DNA of 64,000 nucleotides from a virus (IMGVR_UViG_3300037067_007156:397519-461518), one strand, 5' to 3'; positions 31,509 to 43,074 are shown, counted from the stretch's first letter. Notes: generated by a model from the sequence alone, not told the origin. Numbers and translations: made by a program.

Positions 31509-32087
31509 TTATGCTAATTTTTTATTTTTTAACAATTCACGTAAAAAATTATTTTTAATTGTCATAAGTTGTTCCCAATCTTTATAATAATCAGGGAACA
31601 TTTCTTGAAGCGTTTCAACATTTTTAATTTTTAAATTTGCCCATAATGCTGGATTATTTTTTAATGCTTCTTCTTTTGCTTCAGGAAACATTTTAATATT
31701 TAAAACATAATCTACAAAATCAGGATAATCCTTATAATTCCAAACTCTTTCATCACATATGAAACAAATAGCAGTCATGGCTTCGTTTAAATCTGGTTCA
31801 TAAAAAATAGAAAAATTAATTTTATCTTTCGGGTGTTGTTCATTAAAATCGGAAATTGATGAAAGAATTTCTTGCATAGACCCAGTAAATTCAAGATTTG
31901 AACATGTTGTTCCACCATTTAAAATAATCCATGTTTTATGATTTTCCATGAATTTTTTAAATAATACAGTATCACCATATTTATATGCATACTCCAATGC
32001 GGCATGACCACATTGTATACCAGCTTGTATACCAGTTAATTGATATATAGTAAAAAAATACATTCTTAATTCTAATTCTTCTATCAT
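31509..32087 (-). CDS. Peptidyl-tRNA hydrolase 2 (Pth2)-like protein
   Basis: MYFF...LTGIQAGIQCGHAA...IILNGG...FYEPDLNEAMTAI matches the phage Pth2-like pattern. Confidence 0.6.
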   Translation of the reverse strand: MIEELELRMYFFTIYQLTGIQAGIQCGHAALEYAYKYGDTVLFKKFMENHKTWIILNGGTTCSNLEFTGSMQEILSSISDFNEQHPKDKINFSIFYEPDLNEAMTAICFICDERVWNYKDYPDFVDYVLNIKMFPEAKEEALKNNPALWANLKIKNVETLQEMFPDYYKDWEQLMTIKNNFLRELLKNKKLA

Positions 32088-32524
32088 TGTTTAGATATTT
32101 TTTTAAGTAAATTTTTGTTATCGTGCACATTTCCAATGTACTCGGCATGGCTTTCAAACCAAGATATAGTTTGTTCATCTGCTAATGGTTGAAGTGGATA
32201 AGGCTGCTCACCAGTTAATGTTGATGGAAATTGTGGTAAACTCATAGCAAAACCACCTTTTACTTTGTAAATTCTATATATGAATCCTCTAACATCTTTG
32301 AATATATCATTCTCATACGCTTCTTTTCCATCAACATAATATAAATTTGTAAATTCATCTACAATATTTGGAAATATTTCATAAACCATTTTTTCTTCTG
32401 GAACGGAAATAGTGTGATATTCTATATTTAATGAAGTATCTTGAATAATCTTTTTTTCATAATATCCATAAACATATCCCTCATAATGTAGTGGTTTACC
32501 TCTAAATTTCATATTAATATCCAA
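32084..32524 (-). CDS. YopX-family protein
   Basis: MKFRGK...VYGYY...EFTNL..DGKEAYENDI...IGNVHDN. Confidence 0.75.
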   Translation of the reverse strand: MDINMKFRGKPLHYEGYVYGYYEKKIIQDTSLNIEYHTISVPEEKMVYEIFPNIVDEFTNLYYVDGKEAYENDIFKDVRGFIYRIYKVKGGFAMSLPQFPSTLTGEQPYPLQPLADEQTISWFESHAEYIGNVHDNKNLLKKISKQ

Positions 32525-32604
32525 ATTTTAAATATTATATATGAAATGAAATAAATTGTTTGAAATTAATTGAAGATATTTATCAGTTTTCAAATTATAT
32601 TTTT

Positions 32605-34011
32605 CTAATTTTTTTCATATGAAATGTAAAACGTGTGACCATTATGACATTTATATGGTGCAATATAGCTATCATAAATCGCAATACTATCATTTATATC
32701 TTGCATAGCTGAAACAACTTCACCATTCGGTGTTACATCTTGTATTCTTGACACTTGACTACAAATTGGACAGATACAAATTATTGGTAATTCTTCTCTT
32801 TTTAACATTGTTTTTTCTTATTAAATTCTCTAAACCAATATTCTTTTACACCATCAGATATAGCAAAATCTGAACAAGCAGATATAACATCTTCAATAGT
32901 TAAATTAGGTGTACCTAAAATATCATTAATTTCAAAACAATAGTCCCTTGCTATTTCTTCAATAGGACGTGTGTTAATAACCATTGAATTTTTTTGTTCG
33001 TCATCTGGTAAACAACAACTTATTTCATTATTCTGGTTAAACATTATATTCCAATCTTGAATATTATTCATATTAATTGGGTTATATTGTTGACAGTAAT
33101 TTACACATACTTCAACTGTTTTATTTTCAAGCCATCTTTTGATAAATGCTATCGATATTGATGGTAAATTTTCGAATTTAGGGTATATTGCTATTATTTT
33201 TTGGATATTATTTTTTGGATATCTAAATGACTTATTATTAACAAAAAAATTATCATCATCAACACCTTGTATTTTTTCTATTAATCCATTATATAAAATA
33301 TAATCATCTAAGAATACGTCATCAGTTTCGGTTAAAATTATTAATTGTCTTGGCTTATGTCGAAAATTATTATGGATATCATATGTTTCAAAACCATAAT
33401 TTGTTGATAAATCCAACTCGTTTTGGTCATTATAGCCCAATGATGATACATCACAGGGTAATATAACAATAGGATGAATTCTTGTAATGAACATATTATA
33501 GTGTGTTTAAAACAGATTTACCTTTAAGTAAAGTCAATCTTTTTTTATTTAGTTTCCCTATTTTAATATCAAGGTCGTATTCTTTTGATAATACCATATT
33601 TATAGCATCTTCTTTTGAAATAACATTAAGAAACGAGCTTGTCATTCCACTATGCTCACAAATATCTTCATAGTTTTCTCCACCACTAATCAAATATTTT
33701 AAATCGAACATAAGTTCATTTTCAGCACCCCTATTCGCTTTTCTAACATTAATTATTAATGCAATACCATTTACACCTCTTTCATTGTGTAAAACCAATT
33801 GGTTCTCTATAATATCTTCATGTTTCATTTTTAATGTGTTTTATTATTCAGTTAAACGATTCAACATCGTATCCCATTCATTTCCAGTATCAGGGTCTTT
33901 TACTTTACAAAATATTTTACCATAAATGCAAACTAATACAACTTCACCAGAATTTTGAAATCCTTTATCAATAATATAAGTATTTCCAACGACGAGGTTA
34001 TTTTTATTCAT
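32605..34011 (-). CDS. Four hypothetical genes (32605..32808 Zn-binding, 32802..33494, 33496..33828, 33844..34011)
   Basis: Track ORFs plus a hand-translated 55-aa ORF (MNKNNLVVGNTYII...); TACATTTG box at 34034..34041. Confidence 0.65.
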
Positions 34012-34084
34012 TATAAAAATATATTATAATTTTCAAATGTATAAATAAAAATTTAATATATAATAAAAAATAATAAATATTTAT

Positions 34085-34456
34085 ATGAAAATTTATAGTT
34101 TTGAACAGTATAATGAATCAAAAAAATTAAAATATGACTCAGAAGAATTAACTTCAGATGGAACTGAATTAGCGACTGACTATTTAAAAGATGTAATCCT
34201 AAAAGCTATTGAAAACAAAACCTTGGCTATAAAAGAAGGTGAAAGAAAATGGAAAGGTGTGATTTTAAGCACAATTAATTTAGTATGGGCAAGAAATAAT
34301 ATCGATGGATATGAGATGAATATATATCTTGAAGATGATAGAGGAGTTAAGCATCAAATTGGTCATATTGTAAATGATAAAATTGATAAAGAATATACTA
34401 TGGATAACTTTAATTTTGATAAGTATATGTTAAACAAAAAATATTTTGGAAAATAA
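34085..34456 (+). CDS. Hypothetical protein with N-terminal tag MKIYSFEQYNES
   Basis: ORF track; TAATATATAA at 34054..34063. Confidence 0.8.
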   Translation: MKIYSFEQYNESKKLKYDSEELTSDGTELATDYLKDVILKAIENKTLAIKEGERKWKGVILSTINLVWARNNIDGYEMNIYLEDDRGVKHQIGHIVNDKIDKEYTMDNFNFDKYMLNKKYFGK

Positions 34457-34526
34457 TTTCAAATAAAGAATTTTAAATATTTTAATAATCTAAATTTTAT
34501 TATTTTTGTGATGTTAAAAAAATAAA

Positions 34527-34886
34527 ATGACTAACAAAATATATAAAAACCAACCATTAGATGAACAAGAATTAATGGAAATGGCTAATGTCACAGAGAA
34601 AGTGACAGGGATAAAAAATATAGTTTTATGGTTAGGGTCAAATCCAGCAGGTTCTTGGAAACGAATTAAAGTTAGTAATATTTCAAATAAATTTGATGGT
34701 AAAAACTGTTTTACTTTAACTATACCAGAGTTTAAAATTATAGGTGAAGTAAATACTAAATTAATTGATAATAAAAAAATAGAACAAATAAAACATTTCG
34801 TTATATTAAATATGCAATTGATTTTAGATTATTCAGATTATAAAATTGAAACATACGATTTCATCACACAATTAAAAAAGGTTTAA
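34527..34886 (+). CDS. Hypothetical protein (EMAN...TGI...RIKV family)
   Basis: ORF track; TATTTTTG at 34501..34508. Confidence 0.75.
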   Translation: MTNKIYKNQPLDEQELMEMANVTEKVTGIKNIVLWLGSNPAGSWKRIKVSNISNKFDGKNCFTLTIPEFKIIGEVNTKLIDNKKIEQIKHFVILNMQLILDYSDYKIETYDFITQLKKV

Positions 34887-35692
34887 TTTTTTTCTTTTAA
34901 TTGTAAAATATTTTGGTTCATCATTAATGCTTCGACATTATCCTCTGTTATATTTCCAAGAAAACTATCCAATTCGGTATTAATCAAATTGAATTTATCT
35001 TCAATGGCTTTAAAAAACAGTTCTCGTTCTTCCGTCCATCTAATAATATGCCACTGAGTTTCAAATTCATGAACTTTGCCTTGGTCATGTAATGGATGCC
35101 AGTCAAAAGACTCATTATCTGGCAAATCTGATGTATCCCATTTTGATAATGAACCACTTTTATATGCTTTGTTGGTCATATATACAGTGACAGACGTTTC
35201 GGTTTTTTTATCATCAACAATCAACATATGTTTTTTAACTTCTTTTTTAAACGCAATGAACCATTGAAAATAGGATGAGTTACTTTTTCCCATATAACCA
35301 CCGTGTACATCTTCACGTTCTTTTTTATAAAAATGTTTAAATCGTACACAAATCATTTTAATCCCATCGGTTTCTTTTAATTCTTTGGTGTTTAAAGCAT
35401 CCATTGATAATTTCGAAAGTTGTTCCCGTAAATCATGAAGTGATAATGATTTGATTTTATTTGTAAATGGTTTTTTAGTAATATAACCTGCTACATCTTT
35501 TTTATCACTAAAATCAGTGATATATTTATCCTGTGTATTTTTAACGGCATCAAAAATATGTTTAGGTATAATAACACGATAATATGAATCTTTAGTATTT
35601 TCATCAATATCATCTTGAGTGACATTTAGTATAAAACATTCCCAGTCATTCAAATCTTTATTTGCCAAAAGTGTTCTTATTTTATGTACCAT
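34883..35692 (-). CDS. Hypothetical protein
   Basis: 269-aa ORF. Confidence 0.8.
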   Translation of the reverse strand: MVHKIRTLLANKDLNDWECFILNVTQDDIDENTKDSYYRVIIPKHIFDAVKNTQDKYITDFSDKKDVAGYITKKPFTNKIKSLSLHDLREQLSKLSMDALNTKELKETDGIKMICVRFKHFYKKEREDVHGGYMGKSNSSYFQWFIAFKKEVKKHMLIVDDKKTETSVTVYMTNKAYKSGSLSKWDTSDLPDNESFDWHPLHDQGKVHEFETQWHIIRWTEERELFFKAIEDKFNLINTELDSFLGNITEDNVEALMMNQNILQLKEKN

Positions 35693-35695
35693 AAT

Positions 35696-36271
35696 TTATT
35701 CAAGAATAAATTCTCGTGAATCATTAACAATAATATCATTTATTGTTTGATTTAATAAATTTAAATCAAAATCATTTTTATAAATGATATATAAAACAGA
35801 AATATTTTCTTTTAGTTTATTATTTTCGATATTTTTAGAATGTACTTTACTCTTTTTTTCATAAATGAAATTTGGTTTCATTTTTATACACTCGTTACAA
35901 AACAAATTATAAAGAAAACGTTTTCCTTTAGAGTTTCCGGTTGATGAAATAACCATCGCATTTATATCTACAATTTCAAAAAATTCAAAATATGCTTTTT
36001 TGATTGTAGACATCACAATCATAGTATTAGTCGCTTTATTTTCACCAATCATATCGGGCGACCAATCTTTATTTTCATCTTCTATAAAAAATTTACCAGA
36101 ATATATCGAATTACCATTATTAAAAATTCGAATCATATATTTATGTTTATCTACATTGAAATACCCCAACCATTTCTTTTCACCTTTTTCTTTCCATTCT
36201 ATATTTTTGGGCGAATTCATAGATTCGAACAGTGAATCTAAATATTTATCAAAATTTAAAATATTAGTCAT
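35696..36271 (-). CDS. Hypothetical protein, paralog family A, N-terminal tag MTNILNFDKYLDSLFES
   Basis: IVMSTIKKA...KGKRFLYNLF. Confidence 0.75.
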   Translation of the reverse strand: MTNILNFDKYLDSLFESMNSPKNIEWKEKGEKKWLGYFNVDKHKYMIRIFNNGNSIYSGKFFIEDENKDWSPDMIGENKATNTMIVMSTIKKAYFEFFEIVDINAMVISSTGNSKGKRFLYNLFCNECIKMKPNFIYEKKSKVHSKNIENNKLKENISVLYIIYKNDFDLNLLNQTINDIIVNDSREFILE

Positions 36272-36366
36272 GGAATAAAATATTTATCAACAAATATATT
36301 AAAAAATAAATAAAAAAGTGACATTGTTTCCAATATCACCTTCTTAAAAACCATAACAATCAAACA

Positions 36367-37416
36367 TCAATCTTGCATTACAATCTCAGAAGCACTGTTA
36401 ACAACAATAACACCAGCAGCTTTCATCTTATCGATAGACTCTTGAATATCACCAAGACCACGACATGCACCAAGGTTTAATATTACTTGGAAACCAGCAG
36501 CTACCAAATCCATAACTGTTTCAAAAACACAATAATTAGTTGCAAGTCCTCCAACAATAACATCGGAAATATCATGGTGGAACAACCATTCAATAACACC
36601 TGTTGACATTTTCTTTTGTAAATCGTGATAACATGCTGAATATGGGTGTAAATCTGGTTCAATACCTTTGAATATGAAATAATCATACTCTTTTACTGCG
36701 GGTAAACCATCAAGTAATTCTGAACCATATTCACCACTTGGGCAATGAAGATTCCATCGAACATCAACATTTTCACCTTTAATCGGTGTTAACTGGGGGT
36801 TTTCGGGTGTAGCAATCCAAATTGCATTTTTTGGATGAACGTCTTTTGAACCAACTCTTAATTTTACAAGTTTAGCTTGTGCATTTAGTTCATCAACGAT
36901 ATTTTCGCCATCAGGTACAGGTAATTCAGTTGGACATAAATTTGTAAAACCTTTTTCAGCATCTACATCAAAAGATGCAGTAAATTTACGGAAAAAAACA
37001 TGGTCTTCGTTCATTTTTTGCTTGTTTATTTTAGTGAATATTTCAAGCATATTTGGGTTTTTATTTAATATTTCTTTAACTTTAAAAGATGGTTCATGCT
37101 GGTTATCTTTGATGATATTTAATGTTCCAATATTTTTTTGGAACGAACCAATAATTTCAGTAATTTCAAGTATTTTAATACTATTATAAAAAGTCAGTAT
37201 TGAACAATATACATTAGTATCAATATTACTCATTCTGTGACTTTTTACATATAAAAGTGTTTCACCAGTTATATTTAGAGTATTATTTACTTCTGGTAAT
37301 ACCCCGATATATCGAAAATAAGCTGTGAATATTTTGGCAGCATCACCACCTCTTAGGTTTTTTACCAAAAAAAGGTAAAACTCTAATAAATTGGATAATT
37401 GATTTATTGTCATCAT
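36367..37416 (-). CDS. pncA: Nicotinamidase (domain 36367..37014) fused to an N-terminal domain of paralog family B
   Basis: DVDAEKGF, SKDVH, WNLHC, FKG, GLATNYCV are isochorismatase/PncA catalytic motifs; the N-terminal ~135 aa resemble 37472..37891 and 38588..39034. Confidence 0.85.
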   Translation of the reverse strand: MMTINQLSNLLEFYLFLVKNLRGGDAAKIFTAYFRYIGVLPEVNNTLNITGETLLYVKSHRMSNIDTNVYCSILTFYNSIKILEITEIIGSFQKNIGTLNIIKDNQHEPSFKVKEILNKNPNMLEIFTKINKQKMNEDHVFFRKFTASFDVDAEKGFTNLCPTELPVPDGENIVDELNAQAKLVKLRVGSKDVHPKNAIWIATPENPQLTPIKGENVDVRWNLHCPSGEYGSELLDGLPAVKEYDYFIFKGIEPDLHPYSACYHDLQKKMSTGVIEWLFHHDISDVIVGGLATNYCVFETVMDLVAAGFQVILNLGACRGLGDIQESIDKMKAAGVIVVNSASEIVMQD

Positions 37417-37471
37417 ATAATGTATATTTTTGTACAATATTAATCAAAAATAATGAAACAATAAAATCCTA

Positions 37472-37891
37472 TCATATCAAAGTTAATAATTTGAAAATTC
37501 TTTCATTTTCATTAATGAAATTAACTATACTGTTCGTATAAGGTTGTTTAGTTATTTTAACAAGATTAATATCACCAATGTTTTCTTCAAAAGCTGGTCT
37601 TAACGTTTTAAGTATGTGAGTGTGTTTTACGTTTAATTGAACATCTGCTACGAAATTAATAGTACATTTTATTATTTCTTTTTCGATTCTATTCGTTAAT
37701 TCATAACGTATGATATAATTTATAAAACCTTCTTGATAATCTTCGTCCAGATTTTTAGATACTGTGGGAACACTACCAATATATTTAAAATAATAATCCA
37801 ATACGAACCAAGGTGCGTTGAATATAAAACCAAAATAATTAGTATTCAACATGTAAAATTGAAAAATATTTTTTAATTGGTTAATTTCCAT
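37472..37891 (-). CDS. Hypothetical protein, paralog family B; C-terminal ERIFKLLTLI
   Basis: INQL.N..F, YFKYIG..P and FEENIGD shared with the PncA N-terminal domain. Confidence 0.75.
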   Translation of the reverse strand: MEINQLKNIFQFYMLNTNYFGFIFNAPWFVLDYYFKYIGSVPTVSKNLDEDYQEGFINYIIRYELTNRIEKEIIKCTINFVADVQLNVKHTHILKTLRPAFEENIGDINLVKITKQPYTNSIVNFINENERIFKLLTLI

Positions 37892-37903
37892 GTGTTAATT
37901 TAA

Positions 37904-38591
37904 TTAAGCACGTTCTACATTATTATTATGAAAATATTCTTCAATTTGTTCTGAAAGTTGTTTTAATGCAGTCTTTAAAATTGATTTTTCATCTTCAGCA
38001 CACGCAGACAAATCAACTGGCGTATGTAAACCTTCCATTGTATATACACCTTCTTTAAGTTTACCGTATCTGTCAACATAAGGTACAAGTCCACAAAATC
38101 CAGCAATAGCTGTCATATTCGTATAATCTATATTTTTGGTTTCATAGCTTAATTTTTTGGATATTTAATAAAATTTTTATCAATTGAAAAATAACCACTT
38201 ATTTCATTAAAAAAACATACAGGGTCTCCATTACCTGACACAAACGCTTCAGCTCGTACTACGTGTTCTTCATATGGACAACTTTTTGTCGAAGTCTTCC
38301 TCAACACCACTTTATTACCAACTGGAAATAATGCGTTAAATTTCTCAACCATTTGTTGAGCATCATATCTTCTGGCCTTTTCTTTTGTATTCATAGTTAT
38401 AATATTAGTGTTACTTTATCTACTTCTGTGGCGTGTTCAAACAATTGCCTGTATTCTACTATTGTTAATTCACAAAGTTTCTTTTTATTAAATGTGTTAT
38501 ACATGAATTCCCAATTGTACCTTTCATTGAAATCGAGCAGGTAATAATAAGTTCTTGCTGACACTTCAGTACCATCGGATAATTTTTTCAT
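37904..38591 (-). CDS. Three small hypothetical genes (37904..38116, 38149..38394, 38397..38591)
   Basis: ORF track. Confidence 0.65.
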
Positions 38592-39034
38592 ATTATATTT
38601 AATATTTTTATTTGTCTTTCATTCGTAATTTTAGTTAAATAAGTTTCTTCAAACTTTCTTCTTATTACAACATGAACCACATTACACAAATTTATATCAT
38701 CTTTTATAATTTCTGGGTCACCAATATATTTCTTAAAATTTTCCAGTATAAAACCTGGGGAAGTATCCCAGACATATTTTTCATATGTTGTTTTGTAAAG
38801 AAAATATAATATATTAGTAAAACAATCTAAATCTATTTTATTCCATTTGGAATAATATGAACTTAAAAAATTTATAAAACCGTTTGATTTTTTGATTTTT
38901 TTCGTTAATCTCGCTGATATGAAAGTATCATATTTTTCAAGAATATAATCTGGTGAACATTTATTTATCGAGGTAGTGGTCGTCCCAAACAACATCGTGA
39001 AATATAATAAATTATATATCTGTCCCTTTTTCAT
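38588..39034 (-). CDS. Hypothetical protein, paralog family B; C-terminal ERQIKILNII
   Basis: GQIYNLLYF...FKKYIGDPEIIKD. Confidence 0.75.
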   Translation of the reverse strand: MKKGQIYNLLYFTMLFGTTTTSINKCSPDYILEKYDTFISARLTKKIKKSNGFINFLSSYYSKWNKIDLDCFTNILYFLYKTTYEKYVWDTSPGFILENFKKYIGDPEIIKDDINLCNVVHVVIRRKFEETYLTKITNERQIKILNII

Positions 39035-39067
39035 AGAAACAAAGATATAATAAAAATATTAAAAAAA

Positions 39068-40183
39068 TTAAATATATTGAATTTTTAGATAATCATTATA
39101 ATCAATAATAACCTCTACTAACCTTCCTAAAAATGTTTTATTCTCAAACTCTGCATAATCAGTCCAATATTCAAAATTAGGTTTTGTTAGGTTATCATTA
39201 TCTTTGAGAAATTTATTAAGATTTTCTAAATCGTCTTCCTGAATATATATTTTAAGTTTCATAACATTAAAAATATTTTTTAAATAATTTGGTGTAACAA
39301 AATACTTCCAAGAATTAAAAAAATAGAGTAAGAAGTCACTGATAATACACCAAACATATGTATCTGCTTATCCTTATATATTTTATTTCGAATTATCATT
39401 TCAAATAATAAAAGAATAAATAAAATTATAGAATGAATATAAAATGTTGTGAAACAACTCATTATACCAGTTATAGATAAAAGTAAAAATTTAAAATGAT
39501 ATAGAAATAAAAACAATCTATACTTTTTATCAGTTTCCTTTTTATCATCCCCTTTAATAAGACAAATAAAATATTCTTTGTTTTTAGATATGCACAACGA
39601 ATCTAAAAATATAGATAACATTGATATTATAATAACAGATAAAAACAATACAGTGAACATAGACTTTAGAATATTTTCTTCTTATAATAAGCCAGATACA
39701 TATCATGCTTAATTGTACCTGCCATTTTATAAAAATTTTTTATTTGTTTATCATATTTAAACCGATAAAAAAACAGTGGATATAGTATAATAAATAATAT
39801 CCACAACAAAGCAGCTCTAACAAACCAAGCTGGTGTAATAACAATTTTACCCACTCTATTTAATTCATCAAAATCAAAATATATGTATTTTTCATAGAAA
39901 AACAACATCACCTTCAGTATTGATAATTTATTAAACATTTTTATTTCTTATTTTCTTTGTTAAGTTCAAGTTTAAAATTTTCTCTCTCATGTTGATATGC
40001 TACTAATACATATATTCTATTAAAATTATTAAGTTTAGTATATTTTTCTTTAATTTTAAGAAGAAGCTCTTTATCTGGAGCTGGGGTAAAAATTTCAGAT
40101 AAATCTAATTCTTCGAATTCTTTTCCGTTCACTTCTGTTAGATAATCTAATGTATCAAAATATTTATCGACAATTAACTTCAT
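39068..40183 (-). CDS. Four small genes (39068..39262; 39280..39660 multi-pass membrane; 39666..39938 membrane; 39941..40183)
   Basis: ORF track; hydrophobic stretches in the middle two. Confidence 0.65.
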
Positions 40184-40240
40184 TTATAATATTTTTTATT
40201 CTATATATTATAAATAATAGGTTCTGTTTCAATAAAAAAT

Positions 40241-40272
40241 AAAAAAGTGGTCAATTTCTTAACCACTTTTTT
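40241..40272 (-). terminator. Intrinsic terminator after nadE
   Basis: AAAAAAGTGGT...ACCACTTTTTT. Confidence 0.75.
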
Positions 40273-40296
40273 GTTCTAATATGTATTTGGAATGTA

Positions 40297-42045
40297 TTAA
40301 TATTCATATTTATTAATCAGTGTTTCTCTTGTACTGAAACCCCTTGTTCTGGGTGAAATATTAACAGGTGGCGCAGATTGTCCCGTTTTATACGGCGAAC
40401 GTTTCATTAATTTAAAAGTTAAATCTATTTCACTCTTAAAACCCAATTTAGTATAATTATAAACATGTTCTTGGTGAGGAAACGAATCCGTTGATAATAA
40501 TTTATTCTCAAATTCATACATTAAATCCTCTTTAGATTTTCTGAACCTTATCACTTCTGCACATAAACCAGATTGAACTTTATAATCGAACGGGTCAGCA
40601 TCTGAATCTGGTAATTCGGCAGACGGAATAAAAATACCATTTAATAATTCTTTTGGTATAACATCACCAAAACGTTTATTTAGATATTCACACAATGAAA
40701 ATATTTCCATTTTTGTTAAATCCCCAATAATAGCATGAACCCCAATGCTTCCGATATCATGAAAACTTACCCAACCCAAAACGCTCTCAGTTTGATTTCC
40801 AGTAGACACTATACCTGAACCAAACCGATGTGAAGCCATTAATCCTTGGACTGTTCTTAAAACTGCATGAGCTGACGCTAAACCAGCACCATCCAGGACT
40901 AAATCACTTTCTTTGAATGATTCTTGGTCAACTTCTATTAATTTATTAACAATATCTTCTATGGGATTAACCCACAGTTTAACACCTATTTTTTTAGCTG
41001 TATATTCAGCATAACTGATACTTTTTGTGTTTAATTTAGAAGGATTAGTGATAAATACAGTATTTTCTTCACCCATTGCATTAGCAACTAACACTGCTGT
41101 AACAGCACTATCGACACCACCAGATAAATGTACCTGCGCTTTAGATAAACCGCATAAACGAAAAAATTCTTTTTGTTCGAATAATAAAGCATCAGTTATT
41201 TCCTGATATTTTTCGTGTATTTTTGGTTTTATGGGTTCGTCTTTAAATGGGTGAACTTGTAAAGATTGTTCTTTAAAACGGTTTCCTTCTTTTATTAATC
41301 GCCCATCACTATTATATACCAATGAACCACCATCAAATATTACAATGTTTTTAACTATGTCACCCACACCAACCGAATTCACATAGATAATTGGAACATT
41401 TAAATTATCGGATATTGTTGATAATAAATTATAACGATAGTCTTGTTTTCCATAATAAAAATATGATTGATTTGGTACAATTAAAATATTTGCACCAAGG
41501 TCAACCATCTCTTGTGGTATATTTCTGCTATGGTCAGTATACCATACATCTTCACACACTGGAGTGCCTATTTTTAATCCATGAGCTGAACCAAGAGTTA
41601 CTTCAAATATTTTTGATTCGTTTCCAGCTATAAAATATTTTTTATCTTCATGATGGTCAGCATCAGCTAATAATTGTTTATCATAAACAAAAATCTTTTC
41701 AGCATGTATAATGGCAACTGAATTTTTTAATTTAGGATACCCATTTCTTTTTTTACCATGATAAGATACAAATCCAACAATTACAACTTGATTGGCTAAA
41801 CAATTCTTTTTAATTGTAACCAAACATTCTAACTGGTCTTTTAAAAATTTTGGTGTGTCCCAGAGCGAACCGCACATATACCCAGTTATAGTTGTTTCTG
41901 GAAATACTGAAATATCAATATCAGATTGTCTATCAACAAGAATAGCTTTTATAATTTTTGAAGTATTACCTCTTAAATCACCAGTAACTGTGTTGATTTG
42001 ATGCATGGAAACACTTAAATCCTTAAATCTTGTTTTATCTATCAT
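40297..42045 (-). CDS. nadE: Glutamine-dependent NAD+ synthetase
   Basis: N-terminal nitrilase domain (FPE, YDKQLL, VCED) plus synthetase domain (LSGGVDS, TGNQTE, PSAEL). Confidence 0.92.
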   Translation of the reverse strand: MIDKTRFKDLSVSMHQINTVTGDLRGNTSKIIKAILVDRQSDIDISVFPETTITGYMCGSLWDTPKFLKDQLECLVTIKKNCLANQVVIVGFVSYHGKKRNGYPKLKNSVAIIHAEKIFVYDKQLLADADHHEDKKYFIAGNESKIFEVTLGSAHGLKIGTPVCEDVWYTDHSRNIPQEMVDLGANILIVPNQSYFYYGKQDYRYNLLSTISDNLNVPIIYVNSVGVGDIVKNIVIFDGGSLVYNSDGRLIKEGNRFKEQSLQVHPFKDEPIKPKIHEKYQEITDALLFEQKEFFRLCGLSKAQVHLSGGVDSAVTAVLVANAMGEENTVFITNPSKLNTKSISYAEYTAKKIGVKLWVNPIEDIVNKLIEVDQESFKESDLVLDGAGLASAHAVLRTVQGLMASHRFGSGIVSTGNQTESVLGWVSFHDIGSIGVHAIIGDLTKMEIFSLCEYLNKRFGDVIPKELLNGIFIPSAELPDSDADPFDYKVQSGLCAEVIRFRKSKEDLMYEFENKLLSTDSFPHQEHVYNYTKLGFKSEIDLTFKLMKRSPYKTGQSAPPVNISPRTRGFSTRETLINKYEY

Positions 42046-42119
42046 ATAAATTTTTATAAATCTTTTTCCGAGTATATATTCTAATTACAAAAATATATTT
42101 TTTAATTAACTTAAAAAAA

Positions 42120-42596
42120 TTATGATAATATTTCTTCTATTTTTTGTTTACGAATGAAATTGCTTTCCAGTTTAAATTGTTCATAAATATTCAATGTATC
42201 AAATAATTCAATTTGGTTATCTGATATACTAATCTCGTTTATATCTTCATAATTTCCAGTGTACCATTTACTAAACTCAGTAATATGTTTTCCATTTATA
42301 TTATTATAATATTTATGATTAACACGAATATATTGACCATGAATTTCCTTTGTGGCTACACCACGTATATCTGTAAACGTGTCGATTACTTCAAATGCTG
42401 TTTTTAAAATTCCTGCTATAAATTGTTTTTCTGAAAAAATAGCCAAATAATGAGTGTTTGAATATAAAACACCATTTAACAAAAAACAATGTGTACCAAT
42501 ATTAAGTTCGATATTTGAATAATCTTTATGAGGGATTTTAATAGTATCGATAGTCTTTAAGTGAACAATTTTATTAACATCGTGAATCTTAATCAT
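42120..42596 (-). CDS. Hypothetical protein, tandem paralog of 42589..43074; C-terminal IRKQKIEEILS
   Basis: RVNHKY...GKHITEFSKWY vs RVSHKY..GKFITEYSKWY. Confidence 0.75.
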   Translation of the reverse strand: MIKIHDVNKIVHLKTIDTIKIPHKDYSNIELNIGTHCFLLNGVLYSNTHYLAIFSEKQFIAGILKTAFEVIDTFTDIRGVATKEIHGQYIRVNHKYYNNINGKHITEFSKWYTGNYEDINEISISDNQIELFDTLNIYEQFKLESNFIRKQKIEEILS

Positions 42597-43074
42597 CTGA
42601 AATAATTTCTTTTAATTTCATAATTCGAATATAACCCCGTTCCAATTCCAATGTTTCTTTATATTCATAACAGTGGTGTTCATGAATTAGAATTTCATTA
42701 ATTGTTGTTTCTATTATATGATTGATATTTAAAGTATTTTTATACCACTTACTATATTCAGTGATAAATTTACCATATTTATCGATATATTTATGACTGA
42801 CACGATAATTTTTATTTATATTCTTCCAACTGGTTTTAACTTTAACATCATCATATGTTTTTATTTTTTTAAAATGTGATTTTAAAAACCCTGAAGTTAT
42901 TTCATCTTCATTCACGTAACACAGTATATAATGTTGTTCAAGAAATAATTCATTATTTAACAGGAAACAGAATACATTTGATTTCAAACAAATCAATCCT
43001 ATATCGGTTTCTAAATAGATACCAGATATTACTTCATATTTAACAATATGTGTTACTGAACAAGCATTCATCAT
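42589..43074 (-). CDS. Hypothetical protein, tandem paralog of 42120..42596; C-terminal IRIMKLKEII
   Basis: See paralog. Confidence 0.75.
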   Translation of the reverse strand: MMNACSVTHIVKYEVISGIYLETDIGLICLKSNVFCFLLNNELFLEQHYILCYVNEDEITSGFLKSHFKKIKTYDDVKVKTSWKNINKNYRVSHKYIDKYGKFITEYSKWYKNTLNINHIIETTINEILIHEHHCYEYKETLELERGYIRIMKLKEIISDD

